Part shown: piece after piece, positions 53,673 to 64,000 of the stretch
Layout: each line of letters opens with the position of its first letter
How positions within the stretch are numbered: the first letter of the stretch is position 1
From: Isurus oxyrinchus
Lineage: Eukaryota
Reading direction: 5' to 3'
NCBI GenBank assembly: GCA_026770705.1
Contig: JANJGN010000041.1
Location: forward strand, 6,696,001 to 6,760,000
DNA length: 64,000 nt
Notes under the pieces: model-generated
Databases searched by the model: none
What the model was told of the DNA's origin: nothing
What the model saw: only the letters and a program-made list of their open reading frames with translations
Program-made: the position numbers and the translations under genes

Positions 53673-53791
53673 TATAAAGAGCCTCCGTATACCAATCATC
53701 TCACTGTGACTCTGGCGAACTCAGGGGATGAGGTGGAAAGCACTGGTCTCGGTGGTTTGACTGCTGGAGCTGGTGGAATCCCAGCGTATCG
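53673..53791 (+). pseudogene. Beta-defensin-like pseudogene B, TATA box and exon 1
   Basis: TATAAA at 53673 and ATG at 53728: MRWKALVSVV*LLELVESQRI. It aligns codon for codon with the intact exon 1 (GGA changed to TGA). Possible donor GTAGGT at 53792. Confidence 0.8.
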
Positions 53792-54464
53792 GTAGGTTAT
53801 CCAAAGAGGTTATCTCAGAGTTGTCAAACTCTAGAAACATTCCCTGGAACAGGAAAAGGCCATTCAGCCCCTAAACCATGTACACTCATTCAATTGGATC
53901 ACAGCTGACAACTGTCTTAACGCCAATGGACAATTTTCGTTCCATGACCATTAAAATCCTGTCCAAACAGAAAGCTGTCAGTCTCTGTGTGAGCCTTTTT
54001 TTCAAAAACTGGACAATTTATTTTTAATGACCCAACCTCAACTATTAACCACCGAGGAGCTGTCCCTTGGTGATATCTTGAATTAATCATACAGAATGTT
54101 TCCCAATGTCTCCATTGTCTCATCCCACTCTCTCTCTGACATCTCCTTTAACCCAAACAGCCGTCCAGATACCCATGCCGCACAAATTCTGCCCTCCAAT
54201 CCATTTGAAATATTAATTGGCCTGCCATTGGTCACGGTGCCTTCAACTGACTGGGACCAAGGCCGGAAGTTCCCATTGTAAAACTATCCAACCCTCTCTC
54301 CTCCCTGGTGATAGCCCTTCAATCCACCATCTTCGAGTTAGCGTTGGGTCACGTTCCACTAATCCCTGTTGATGTGACTCTGTGTCAAATCATTTTTCTA
54401 ACATGCTGTCTTGAGGCACCGCGTGAAATTTCATAAAGTTGTTGCATAAGCTGCATCATTCTGA

Positions 54465-55068
54465 TTGTACACTCTTCAGGACTCCATATCCCTCGGTTAG
54501 ACCACAGATAGTGCATTGTGCACAAATCTGGTCTCCAATGCACTTGGTTAGAGAGCACTTTTAGCACTGTGCAGTTTTGGTATCCATATACTTCAGTTAG
54601 ACCGAATTCGGAACACTGTGCACATTTCTGATCTCAATATCCCTCGGTTAGATCACACTTAGAGCGCTGTGCACAGTTCTACCCTCTGTATGCCTCGGTT
54701 GGACCACACATGGAGCACTCTGCACATTTCTGGTCTTCATATCTCTCGGTTAGAACACACTCGGATCACTGAGCATATTTTTGATCGCCAGATCCCTCAG
54801 TTAGACCACAGTCCGACAATGTACATAGTTCTGGTTTCCACACTCCACGGATAGACCACACTTTGAGCACTGTGCAGAGTTTTGGTCTCGACACCTCTCG
54901 GTTAGACCACAATCGGAGCACTGTGCACAGTTCCCTCACCATATCCCTCGGCTAGACCACAGTTGGAACACTGTGTACTGCTCTGGTCTCCATATGCCTC
55001 GGTTAGACCACATCTGGACCAATGTTCACATATCTGGTGCCCATGTGCGCACTTTAGCCCACAACTGG
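54465..55068 (+). repeat. 51-bp CR1-derived minisatellite, ~12 units (intron of pseudogene B)
   Basis: Same unit as 47665-48371. Confidence 0.9.
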
Positions 55069-55137
55069 TTCAGGTGCATGTGGGTGCCCAACGGTTCTGA
55101 CCAGCGTCACTAATGAGCTCTTTCTTTCTGTTTCCAT

Positions 55138-55265
55138 ACCCTATCGTGCTGTGTGATGGGGGTGGAATGTTCTAGAGAAGACTCCCATGTGAAGATTGTG
55201 ATGCATACAGGGCCAATGGGAAATGCAGCCGCCCCTTTATATTCAGGAGCTGCCAACCGCTTTGA
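55138..55265 (+). pseudogene. Beta-defensin-like pseudogene B, exon 2
   Basis: PIVLCDGGGMF*RRLPCEDCDAYRANGKCSRPFIFRSCQPL*. The Cys2 position is TAG, Cys5 is AGC and the acceptor is mutated to CAT. The 3' UTR is homologous to the paralogs but its poly(A) signal is mutated (~55403). Confidence 0.72.
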
Positions 55266-55667
55266 GTAACCCAGAGGCAGGATGTCCCACTGCGAGACCT
55301 GCCTGAGGCTCCGACTGAAGCGAATTGGAATTTCTGTCATTCAGGCTCTGCTACATTCAAAAGGTCCAGTGGCCAATGATCCAATGTTTTCTGAATCATG
55401 TGCGTAAAACTGGCTGCGTTGAACACCACTTGTTATCTGTGTCTCATTTCTCATTCAGGTTGGTGTATCAACCTACCGACAGGGAGTGAGGGGAGGTAAG
55501 GTTATGGCCGGGCCATACTGTCTTTCTTTAGATCCAAAACAGACACCATCACAGTGTCTTTCCTTATGGTTAATGCCCCAGGTTCACCTATTGCGATCCC
55601 TGTGTACGTTCTGCCACACAGACCCTCAAAATCTGAAGGCACAGTGGTAGAGTTCGGGTAGGAGAGG

Positions 55668-55985
55668 TGCAATAGTGATATTGACAGTGGGCTGGTAAGC
55701 CAGAGACCCGGGATGAAACTCTGAGGACCTGGTTTCGAATCCCACCACGGCAGCTGTTGGAATTTCGAATCAATTAATTTCTTTAGGTAACAATTCTAAC
55801 AATAACCAATGGGACAATTATCAATTGTCATAAAATCCCATTTTGTTCACTAATGTTCTTTAGGGAATGAAATCTGCCAGTTTCGTCTGCATGTGACTCC
55901 AGCTGCACAGCAATTTGTCTGATAACTGAAAATGGCCTCTGAACTAGGGCAATTAGGCTTGGACAATAAATGCCGTCCTCCAATT
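55668..55985 (+). mobile_element. tRNA-derived shark-type SINE
   Basis: tRNA-like head with a B box (ggtttcgaatccc), conserved body (gttcactaatgttctttaggg...catgtgactccag) and a LINE-shared tail (agggcaattagg...caataaatgc). Confidence 0.75.
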
Positions 55986-56029
55986 TTAAGTTTATAATGT
56001 AATAATCGAGCCGACAACCTTGCCTGCAG

Positions 56030-56580
56030 CATCTATAAAGTCTCGAGGCAACAGAAAAAAACTCAGGAAAGAAAGGTTCCTGTTGATTTCTGATCGCCAA
56101 CCCCACCGCTCGTGGCATCAGGACTGAAAAGAGACAAGGGCACATCATTCTGATTCCTACCCTCCTTCCCTTGGCTGATCAACCTGTTCTCCTCCATGTC
56201 AAACAACAATTGGGATACATCTGAACACAAGGGGACACAGGATGTCATCTATATGAAGGGAGAGCGGGTGCGGACTTTAATTGGTGTCACCAAGAGTTGC
56301 TCAGTAACTTCACGCCTGACCATAGTCGTCGAGCCCTGAAGGACATACCTGTCAAACCTGGCCTGCGACAGGAGGTCAGAGAACCAACAAGAGGGGGAAA
56401 TTTCACTTCACCGGGCCTCAAAAACCTACCTGCCGCAGTTGCCTCAGCTCAAGGCGGCATGGGGAAAGGTGACCACCGCCCAGCCCCTGTGAAGATAAAT
56501 CATCAGGAGACATGCCATTATGTTGTTTGGAATTCCCTTTGTGATAAACGGGATAGATTCAGAGCAGGTCCAGCAGCTCA
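56030..56580 (+). mobile_element. CR1-group LINE APE fragment (same unit as 48830-49660)
   Basis: GDFN-like segment, GLRQEVREPTRG and GKGDHR. Confidence 0.7.
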
Positions 56581-56769
56581 AAGGGAGGGTGGGGGGGGGG
56601 GTGGTGTGGGGGGGTGTGGGGGTGGAATCAATGAGCCGAGTTGGCTCACAGGGTGATATGTGTGTGGTGGGAGTTGAGGAAAGAATCATTGCATCTGGTT
56701 GAGGTGGCAGCTGGTACGTGATTTCAGAGTGTTGTGTATCTGACTGCAGGGGGCCTATTGGACTTTGTG

Positions 56770-57050
56770 GTTACTGTGAGTATTAGAGTGTAAGATAGCT
56801 TTTGTAACATGTGCTATCCTCACAAATCTGTAAAGGTATAGTTGTGGGCAAAGAAATATTGTAACATAGATCAACGTTTCTTCTTTAACAAATGTTTTGT
56901 TCTTTTCTTAAAAGCTCATCTGCTGTCTCCAGTGACTCTCAGTCGCCCCCTCCACGTACCTGAACAAACAAGTAAAAGTTAGTGTCTATCAAGTTCAGTT
57001 TCAGACTGGGATCACTCTTATCCAGCGGTAACCTCAGCTAGTATTAAAAA
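56770..57050 (+). mobile_element. Possible gypsy LTR 3' fragment
   Basis: Resembles the U5-like end of fish gypsy LTRs; recognised from memory only. Confidence 0.3.
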
Positions 57051-58652
57051 GATGGCATTGGATGTAGTCTGGGTTTGTGGGGTCATCAGTGCTGAGGAGT
57101 AACAGTGACCCTGCAGCAACATTGCTTACTGACTTGGCGGAGTCTTGAAGGATCTATCAGACAGGCTGGAAGGAAAATAAGGTCACTGTCCTTCATTGAA
57201 CTCGAAAGCCTGCTTGGGACTTTTCCCTGTTCCACTCCATTCGATTCTTGCGGGCTTTGTTTAGCTTGGGCCTGGTTATGTGCCCCCTTCTGTGCTGTTT
57301 CAGCCTGGCACTTGATGAACAGCAGCAGCTTCAAAATCTAGCTCGTGTTTCTAGCTTTTGCATGTGTTTTTCAGAGAGCACCTGCCTTTCTAAGCCCCAG
57401 TGAGCAGGCAGCAGCCAAAACCTTCTATTTCTCTCCACTTCCATCTTACAGTAGCAGGCGGTGAGAGAACTAACAAGAGGAGGACAACTTGCTTGGCCCT
57501 GTCCTCGCTAATCTAACCTTGAGCAGATTAATTTGTCCATGACAGGTATCGGCAGCAGTGATTGGCACAGAGTCTTTGCAGGGGAAAAGTCCAGTCTTCA
57601 CTCTGAGGGCACCTTCCATGGTGTTGTGTGCCACTCCCAAATGTGTCCGGCAGCGCAAAAGTGGGCATCCATGATGCACTGAGGGCCAGCTGCCGTGGAG
57701 GCAGGATTGAGCGCAAACCCAATCTGTAACCTCGTGTCACAGCGCAAACCTCACTCTCCGACTGTCTGTGGGTGCACAGGCAACAGATGGGCTGTAGCGG
57801 CACAGGGAAGCAGACCGCCAGCAATTTCTCATGGGCAGGTAGGAATGGTCAATAAATGGTGGCCTCGGAAGTGGGACACACAATCCAAGAATGGATAGGC
57901 GAAGGAGATGAAAGAGGGCGGAATGATTGTTGCTTTTCACATTGCACCAGTTCGGGACACCATTCTGGCCATCCTTGCAACACGTACTGCTCTGTTGGGC
58001 TGCTTATCAGCCTGTAAAACATTTGCTTCGATCACGGAACTGACCGGCCACCAATAGCCATGCCGTCTGACAGCTGTGAACATGGGCGCCAGGATCTGGC
58101 AGGAACTATTCGCTCCAGCACAGGGCTCCAGCTGCTTCCCAGCCGCCTGTGTGTAAAATGCACAGGCTGGCATTCATCAAGATTGTGAGAAATGTGTGAT
58201 CTGAATCCATGTTGTGACCATTGCCTGGGGACCTTAATAGCCCTGGGCCACAGAAACCTCTCCATTTTACAGTTAAATATTAGCAATAGATCTCGCTCCT
58301 GTTGCAATTTAAAGAAGGGAGTTAGCTTTGTGTTACGCCCTGTACAGCAGTGTTCCCTAAATGTTGCACTGAATAGTCTGACGAGACATTTTAGACTCGG
58401 TCCCATCGCCTGAGTCTCCTCTACCAGTGAACATAATTTGTGCTTATCAGCCTTACTTGTTCATCTTAACACCTTGAATACTTCTACACAACTATTCTGG
58501 AACATTCCAAAGTCCAGGAAGCACAAGCATTATTTGTGTAATCTCTCCCTGTCTGTTACCCTTCTAGCCCATGTATCATTTTTGGCAAGCATTTCCTGCA
58601 TTCCCTCCACGCCCAACAGCTCACATTAGGGTAACTTGTCTGCAATTGCAGC

Positions 58653-58700
58653 GTCTCTCTCTCTCTCTCTGTCTCTCTCTGTCTCTCTCTGTCTGTCTCT
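58653..58700 (+). repeat. (CT)n/(CTGT)n microsatellite
   Basis: Direct inspection. Confidence 0.85.
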
Positions 58701-59699
58701 CTCTCTCCCTCTCTCTCTGTCACCCCACTCTGAAATAAGAGAGTGCCTTTCAGAATTAGCCAGCCTCAATGAATAATTCTCAGATGAATGGGACTGTGAA
58801 TTAATAAAGACCGTACGTCAACAATTTCTCAGCTGTTACCTTCAATCGCTGGGATGCAAACTATCTGACCCTGGGGATTTGCCATCCTAACGTCCCATTA
58901 TTATCTCTACTTCCGTTATCTTGCTTATTCGAGCTCTTTCATGTGCATGATTTTAAAAATTCTGTCATGCTATATGTTATCTTCACCAGAAAGGCCAGAA
59001 TTTGTTGTGTGTTTTTAGCATTTTTTTTTGTGATTCTCAACCAATGAGTGCATCCCGAGAACATTCCACCCTTAGCTAGTACCCTGGTTTGACCATTCTC
59101 GACCAATGGGGCGAGAGACTCTGACTTTCCTAAAACAAGCTAGCTTTAACCTCTGCCCATCCCTTACGATTCTAGCCCTCAGTCGACCATTCTAGCCAAT
59201 CGGCATCCAGTTTTGGCTTCTGGTTGACTGATAACGCTAGACTCTCCAGATCCCACGAACAAAATGTATCCCAACTGCAACCTCATTTCCATTCTGTGCT
59301 GTCTTTTCTCCTTAAAGTTACGCTGCAGCACTTTACCATTTGTAGGGTTGCCAACTATAGGTCAAAATAGTAGTATTCCAAAATGTGTAGGAATTGAGAT
59401 CGTACATTTCTCAGCTGATAAGAAGGGGCATTGGCAACTGAAGCCTGAACAACTAGAGCAATGCATCAATGCGGTGACAGCTCACAGGGTTGGCTCGGCG
59501 GTTTTGCCTGCTGATCTTCATTCCATCGTCTCCTGCACTCTTACACTGAGTTTGTAAGTGGGAAACATTTTGCTTTTGGGTTCTGCAGAGTCTAGAATTG
59601 CCATTCAATAGATGGCAAAACTGGAAACCAACTTGAGGCTAGACTGTTGTAGAAAAATCAAGATTTCTCATTCCATTGTCCAGGATCCATGCTTGTTTT

Positions 59700-60240
59700 C
59701 TTGATTTAAAGGTAATGGTCGTGGGAGGGTCAGGAGTATATCGGGCCACAATCATGCAGATTGTGTCTGAATTTAATTCTGCTGCTGGTGACGGCCCAGG
59801 TCGTCTCATGTATGTTGAGAGTTGTGCTGTGTGACCTCTTCTGAATCTATCCCATTGAAAGCAATGCTTGTCACAAAAGACAATGGAGTGTGTACTCAGT
59901 TTGAAGACAGAGGTCTGTTGTCACAAGGGCTGTGTGGTGGTCATTATTAGCAACACTCTCAGAGAGATTTGACTCTGCAGCCGTTGGTTTGGTGATGCTG
60001 AGGTCAAGTGGAAATTTCCCTCTTGTTGGTTCACCTGTGTCAAGCGTATTCTGTCTTACAGGGCTTGGCCATGACCTGATGACATTGGCAAAAATTGAAG
60101 ACTCCAGTGGAAAGCCCTTCCAGCTGCATAGCAAAGTGGCACTGCCGGTGGAAAAGGGGCATACACAGGAATGGCGATGGACACATCTGGGAAAATGGCT
60201 CTGACGCATGACTCTGTGAAAATGATTATGTTGGAGCTAC
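59700..60240 (-). mobile_element. CR1-group LINE APE fragment (same unit as 48830-49660)
   Basis: EPTRGKFPLDLSIT..AAES...SVANNDH. Confidence 0.75.
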
Positions 60241-60497
60241 AGGACCTGAATGTGGCCCTGCCATTGACGGACCTCCCCATTCCCTTCCTGTCAATGTCAG
60301 GTATCAGAGTGAGAAGTTAGAAACCTACAGGAAGTGGTGCTGCCAGTTTTATTCATATGATTGAGGAACCAGTGGGTCAGGGGGCACGGGGACTACACAG
60401 TCCGTGGAGCCTCAAGGCGGTGCTTGAATCATGGGCCCTTATTTCGGGCTGTTGTCGCTGGCCTTGGCTGCCAACCACTGACTCCTTTTTCTCTGAC

Positions 60498-60617
60498 TCG
60501 CTTTGCCATGCAGCTTTAAAACAACCAATAGAGGTCGTTGCGATTCAAACCCTCGTTTCTGCGGCAGTGCCCAGATCGCCAGTTGCCCATTAATTCCGTC
60601 ACATGCAACGGAAAAAC
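60498..60617 (-). pseudogene. Beta-defensin-like pseudogene C, exon 2
   Basis: Acceptor ttctgcatttcag. The 120-nt exon is the 119-nt intact length plus a 1-nt insertion: FSVACDGING/NWRSGHCRRNEGLNRNDLYWLF*SCMAK. Cys2 is TGG, Cys5 is AGC, and the old stop is now CGA. AATAAA at 60348-60353. Confidence 0.78.
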
Positions 60618-60769
60618 CTGAAATGCAGAATGAAATCCTCTGTTGATGCCACCAGTAAGGACCCTCGACTCTCGCTCAACCACTTCTTATTTATCACTCT
60701 CAAAGTTGAATGCCCTCTTTCATAACCATACCCGATATTGCATCTTTGCCAGTTTGGTCTGTGAGGTAT

Positions 60770-61252
60770 TGCCAATGGACATGGAGAATAGAACAATGCA
60801 CAGTGCTCTACGGGAGGTGTAACCAAGGTAGATGCAGAGCGGAACTGCACCCAGTGATCCAGTTGTGGTCTAACCAAGCGATATGGAGACCAGAACTGTG
60901 TACAGTCCTTCAGGTGTCGTCTAACCAAGGGATATGAAGGCTACAACTGTGCACAGTGCTTTGAGTTTGGTCCAACCAACGGAGGTGGAGACCATAATTG
61001 TGCACAGTGCTCCATGTGTTTCAACCAAAGAATATGGAGGCCGGAACAGTGCATAGTTCTCCAGGTGTTGTCCAACCAAGGCATATGGTGACCTGAGCTC
61101 TGCACAGTGCTCCACGTGTGGTCTCACTGACAGATATAGAGACCAGAAAAATGCACAGTGCTCCATGTGTGATCTAATTGGCGGATATGGAGACCACAAA
61201 TGTACACTGTGCTCCAAGTGGGGTCGCACCGAGGGATATGAAGACCTGAACT
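60770..61252 (-). repeat. 51-bp CR1-derived minisatellite, ~9-10 units (intron of pseudogene C)
   Basis: Reverse complement of the same unit. Confidence 0.9.
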
Positions 61253-61568
61253 CTAATTAACAACTACAAATTCATAGATTTTTGCTGCAATTTTAAGATT
61301 CCATCGGGTCAGATGTGGAGGCTGGAGCAAAATTAAACAAAAAAATAAACAGTATAAAAACATGTCCTTATTTTGCGAGCATTCCCACACTGAGATTGGA
61401 AGCTTTGTGTAACATGGTGCGGTTCATGTTCCAGAACAAAGCCGGATAAATTGATTTAAAAACAGATCAAAATGATCCAGTTGAATGGCAGCACGTTTGA
61501 TTGGGTGATTGGCCTACTTCTATTCCTGTGAATGGTTTCATAGATTGGCGACAGAGAGGTTAGCTAAC

Positions 61569-61704
61569 CTCCCTAAACATACTTTGTGGCGATGATGTGT
61601 CCCAGCATCAGGAATACAATGACAAAGAGCTGTGCTTTCCTCATTTTCCTATGAGATACTCACAGCTACAGTGAAGTGTCTGGGCTACAGGAGCTCTTTG
61701 TATG
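61569..61704 (-). pseudogene. Beta-defensin-like pseudogene C, mutated TATA box and exon 1
   Basis: CATACAAAGAG at 61694-61704 and ATG at 61644: MRKAQLFVIVFLMLGHIIATKYV*G. The 76-nt phase-1 exon ends GGAG|GTTAGC, like the intact gene. Confidence 0.8.
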
Positions 61705-62317
61705 AACTCAGAGTATAAACTGTAGTTAATGAGCACACATAGACACCCATACAGACACGCTGAGGATTGGCTCCACCTTGGGCACATTGAAGGGATAGGT
61801 CACTCACTGAGAGGAACAGTGACTAGCAACAATGTGTAAATGTGCCTCGCAAGGCAAGTATGTGTCAATGAAAAGAGACCGCCCTGTGTCAGCATTGAAC
61901 ATGGGAAGGTTTATAGAAATATCTTTCTGCGATTAAGATAAGGATAATACAGCAGAGAAGAGGGCCATTCGGCCCATTGTACTTATGTCGCCTCCCTGAA
62001 GGAACTATCCAAGTATTCCCACGCTTCTTTCCTCTGTCAATATGCCAGCTGTTTTAATTGGCCCTCATGATCCACCCTATAGCGTCACGTGTCCCCACAC
62101 CCACCATTTCAGTACCCGTTCGCTTACACAGAATCTACTTTCCAATGTACAGGTCGCCAGAGAATAGTCAGCAATGGATTCTCTTCCTGTTTGCGAGCTG
62201 ACACCTGTGGTATCCCCTTAGGATCTGCGACCCTGCCTCCCAACACCCACACCGCCACCAACACCCACAGCCTCTACTCCACCACCCCTCACCCTCCCAC
62301 AGCTCCTACACATTACG

Positions 62318-62725
62318 CGAGGGAGAGAACATAAAGGTAAGGATGATATGCTTCAGTTATAAAGGGCATTGGAGAGAATGCACCTCGAATACTGTATGCA
62401 GTTTTGGTCTCCTTATTTAACTAAGGATGTAAATTAATTGGATGCGGATCGGAGGAGGCTTAAGGGATTGATACCTGGAATGAGTGGGTTGTCATATGAG
62501 GTAAGATTGGACACACGGGGCATGTTTCCAACGGAGTTTAGAAGAGTAAGGGACGGTTTGATTGAAGTATACAAAATCCCACTCTGCCTCAACAAGGTAG
62601 ACTCTGTGCCTCAGAAGGCAGTGGAGCTGGGCTCAGTCAATATTTTCAATGCTGAGTTAGATGTATTTCTGTGAGGCAAGGAGACCAAAGGTTCTTAGGG
62701 GTTATGGGTGTAGAAATGTGAATTG
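62318..62725 (+). mobile_element. CR1 LINE 3' fragment with internal deletion
   Basis: LIPGMSGLSYEVRL...EFRRVRDGLIEVYKI; close paralog of 63130-63790. Confidence 0.85.
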
Positions 62726-62824
62726 AAAACAGAAAATTCTGGAAAGAACCTCAGTAGCTCTGACAGCATCTGCGGAGAGAGAAACAGCGTTAAAGTTTCG
62801 AGTCCCTATGCCCCTTCTTCAAAG
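62726..62824 (-). mobile_element. Penelope pLTR fragment with decayed hammerhead motif
   Basis: Reverse complement reads TTGAAGAAGGGGCATAGGGACTCGAAAC...CTCTCCGCAGATGCTGTCAGA. Confidence 0.7.
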
Positions 62825-63129
62825 ATTAGAAGGGAACAAATTAACCTTAACATATCCGCTATATATACAAACCTTGAGCAATGGAAAGGGTGCGCCTGGA
62901 TTCCCTATAACAATCTAATATTTATGTGTGCCATCGTTGCACTTCTCCAGTCCCCAGGCAAACTTTCTAGCCAATCGGAATCGAGTTTTGGATTCTGCTT
63001 CATGCTATTGCTAGACTCACTGGCACACACATACGAAATGCTGCGGTATTCCAGTAAGGCTTTTAATCAGATGTCAGCTAAAAGGCATTGAAGCAACATT
63101 TCAATCTTGACATTAATTTAAGAAGGCTA

Positions 63130-63790
63130 ATGGGATGTTAGCTTTCATTATGCGAGGGAGAGAGCATAAAGGTAAGGTTGATGTGCTACAGTTATAAAGG
63201 GCATTGGTGAGACCGCACCTCGAACACTGTCTGCAGTTTTCGTCTCCTTATTTGACAAAGGATGTAAATTCCTTTGATGCGGCTCAGAGGAGTTTTAAGG
63301 GATTGATACCTGGAATGAATGGGTTGTCTTATGAGGAAAGTTTGAACAGACGGGGCATGATTCCACTAGAGTTTAGAAGAGGAAGGGGCGATTTGATTGA
63401 AGTATACAAGATCCCGCACTGCCTAGACAAGGTAGACTTGGGAAGGATGCTTCAACTTGTGGGTGAGAACAGAACTAGGGTCGGGGAGCAACGTCTCAAA
63501 ATCAGGGTTCGCCTTTTTAGGATGGAGCTAAGAAGAATTATCTTATCTCAGATGTTTGTGTGGCTTCGGGACACTGTGCCTCAGAATTCGGTGGAGTTGG
63601 GCTCAGTCAATAATTTCAATGCTGAGTTAGATATAATTTTGTGAGGCAAGGTGACCAAAGGTTCAGAGGGGTTGTGGGCGTAGATGGGAATGTGGAATTC
63701 AAGACACAAACAGGTCAGTTGGATGGCACAGCAGACTTGAGGGTCCGAGTGGCCCACCCCTGCTTCTACGTCCTTTCTTTGTATGTAACA
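63130..63790 (+). mobile_element. CR1 LINE 3' end
   Basis: LVRPHLEHCLQFSSPYLTKDV...LIPGMNGLSYEE...RGDLIEVYKI followed by the 3' UTR. Confidence 0.92.
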
Positions 63791-64000
63791 TTCCAATAAT
63801 ATATTCCCATTAAGCCGTTTCATTGCCCAGCTTATGTAGAGCACAACTGCTAATGTCAGCCTCAGCAATTAGTGCAATGTGTCAATTAGGTGATGTTTAA
63901 CAAGGTGAGACCCTAATTCTTTTAGTTATGCCGGGGTCTGCTCTTCAGATCCTCCCCTTGTCTTTTCTGGGAACCAAGCTTGTTCCCTTGGCATGATGGT

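Noticed and set aside
57086-57334. ORF ending KQCCCR as a hepcidin- or defensin-like peptide
   Set aside because: TTG start, no real signal peptide, and cysteine spacing fits neither family.
57900-58120. Harbinger Myb/SANT-like ORF relic
   Set aside because: APMF...SRT..QCEK is suggestive but not enough without a profile search.

Overview
Eukaryotic, transposon-rich vertebrate DNA. The repeat families (CR1, L2, RTE, Penelope, shark-type tRNA SINEs) and the receptor type point to a cartilaginous fish, which is an inference. Almost all ORFs in the supplied track are spurious or come from transposons. I read four main things. (1) 42.7-61.7 kb holds a beta-defensin-like cluster that the ORF track misses entirely: one apparently intact two-exon gene on the minus strand (69 aa, signal peptide plus a cationic C-x6-C-x4-C-x10-C-x5-CC domain, with TATA box, CCAAT box and AATAAA) and three collinear pseudogenes. 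Each copy carries a 51-bp CR1-derived unit in its intron (one unit in the intact gene, about 9-14 in the pseudogenes) and the same LINE fragment behind its 3' end. (2) An intact two-exon, 324-aa class A GPCR of the GPR139/GPR142-like type (exons 24172-24103 and 16789-15885). (3) A decayed tandem array of ~2.1-2.4 kb units carrying tRNA-Asp pseudogenes (1-5.4 kb). (4) Many transposon relics: hAT, a Gmr1-type gypsy element with integrase before RT, Penelope with decayed hammerhead motifs, CR1, L2, RTE and SINEs. All alignments and counts were done by eye and need computational confirmation.
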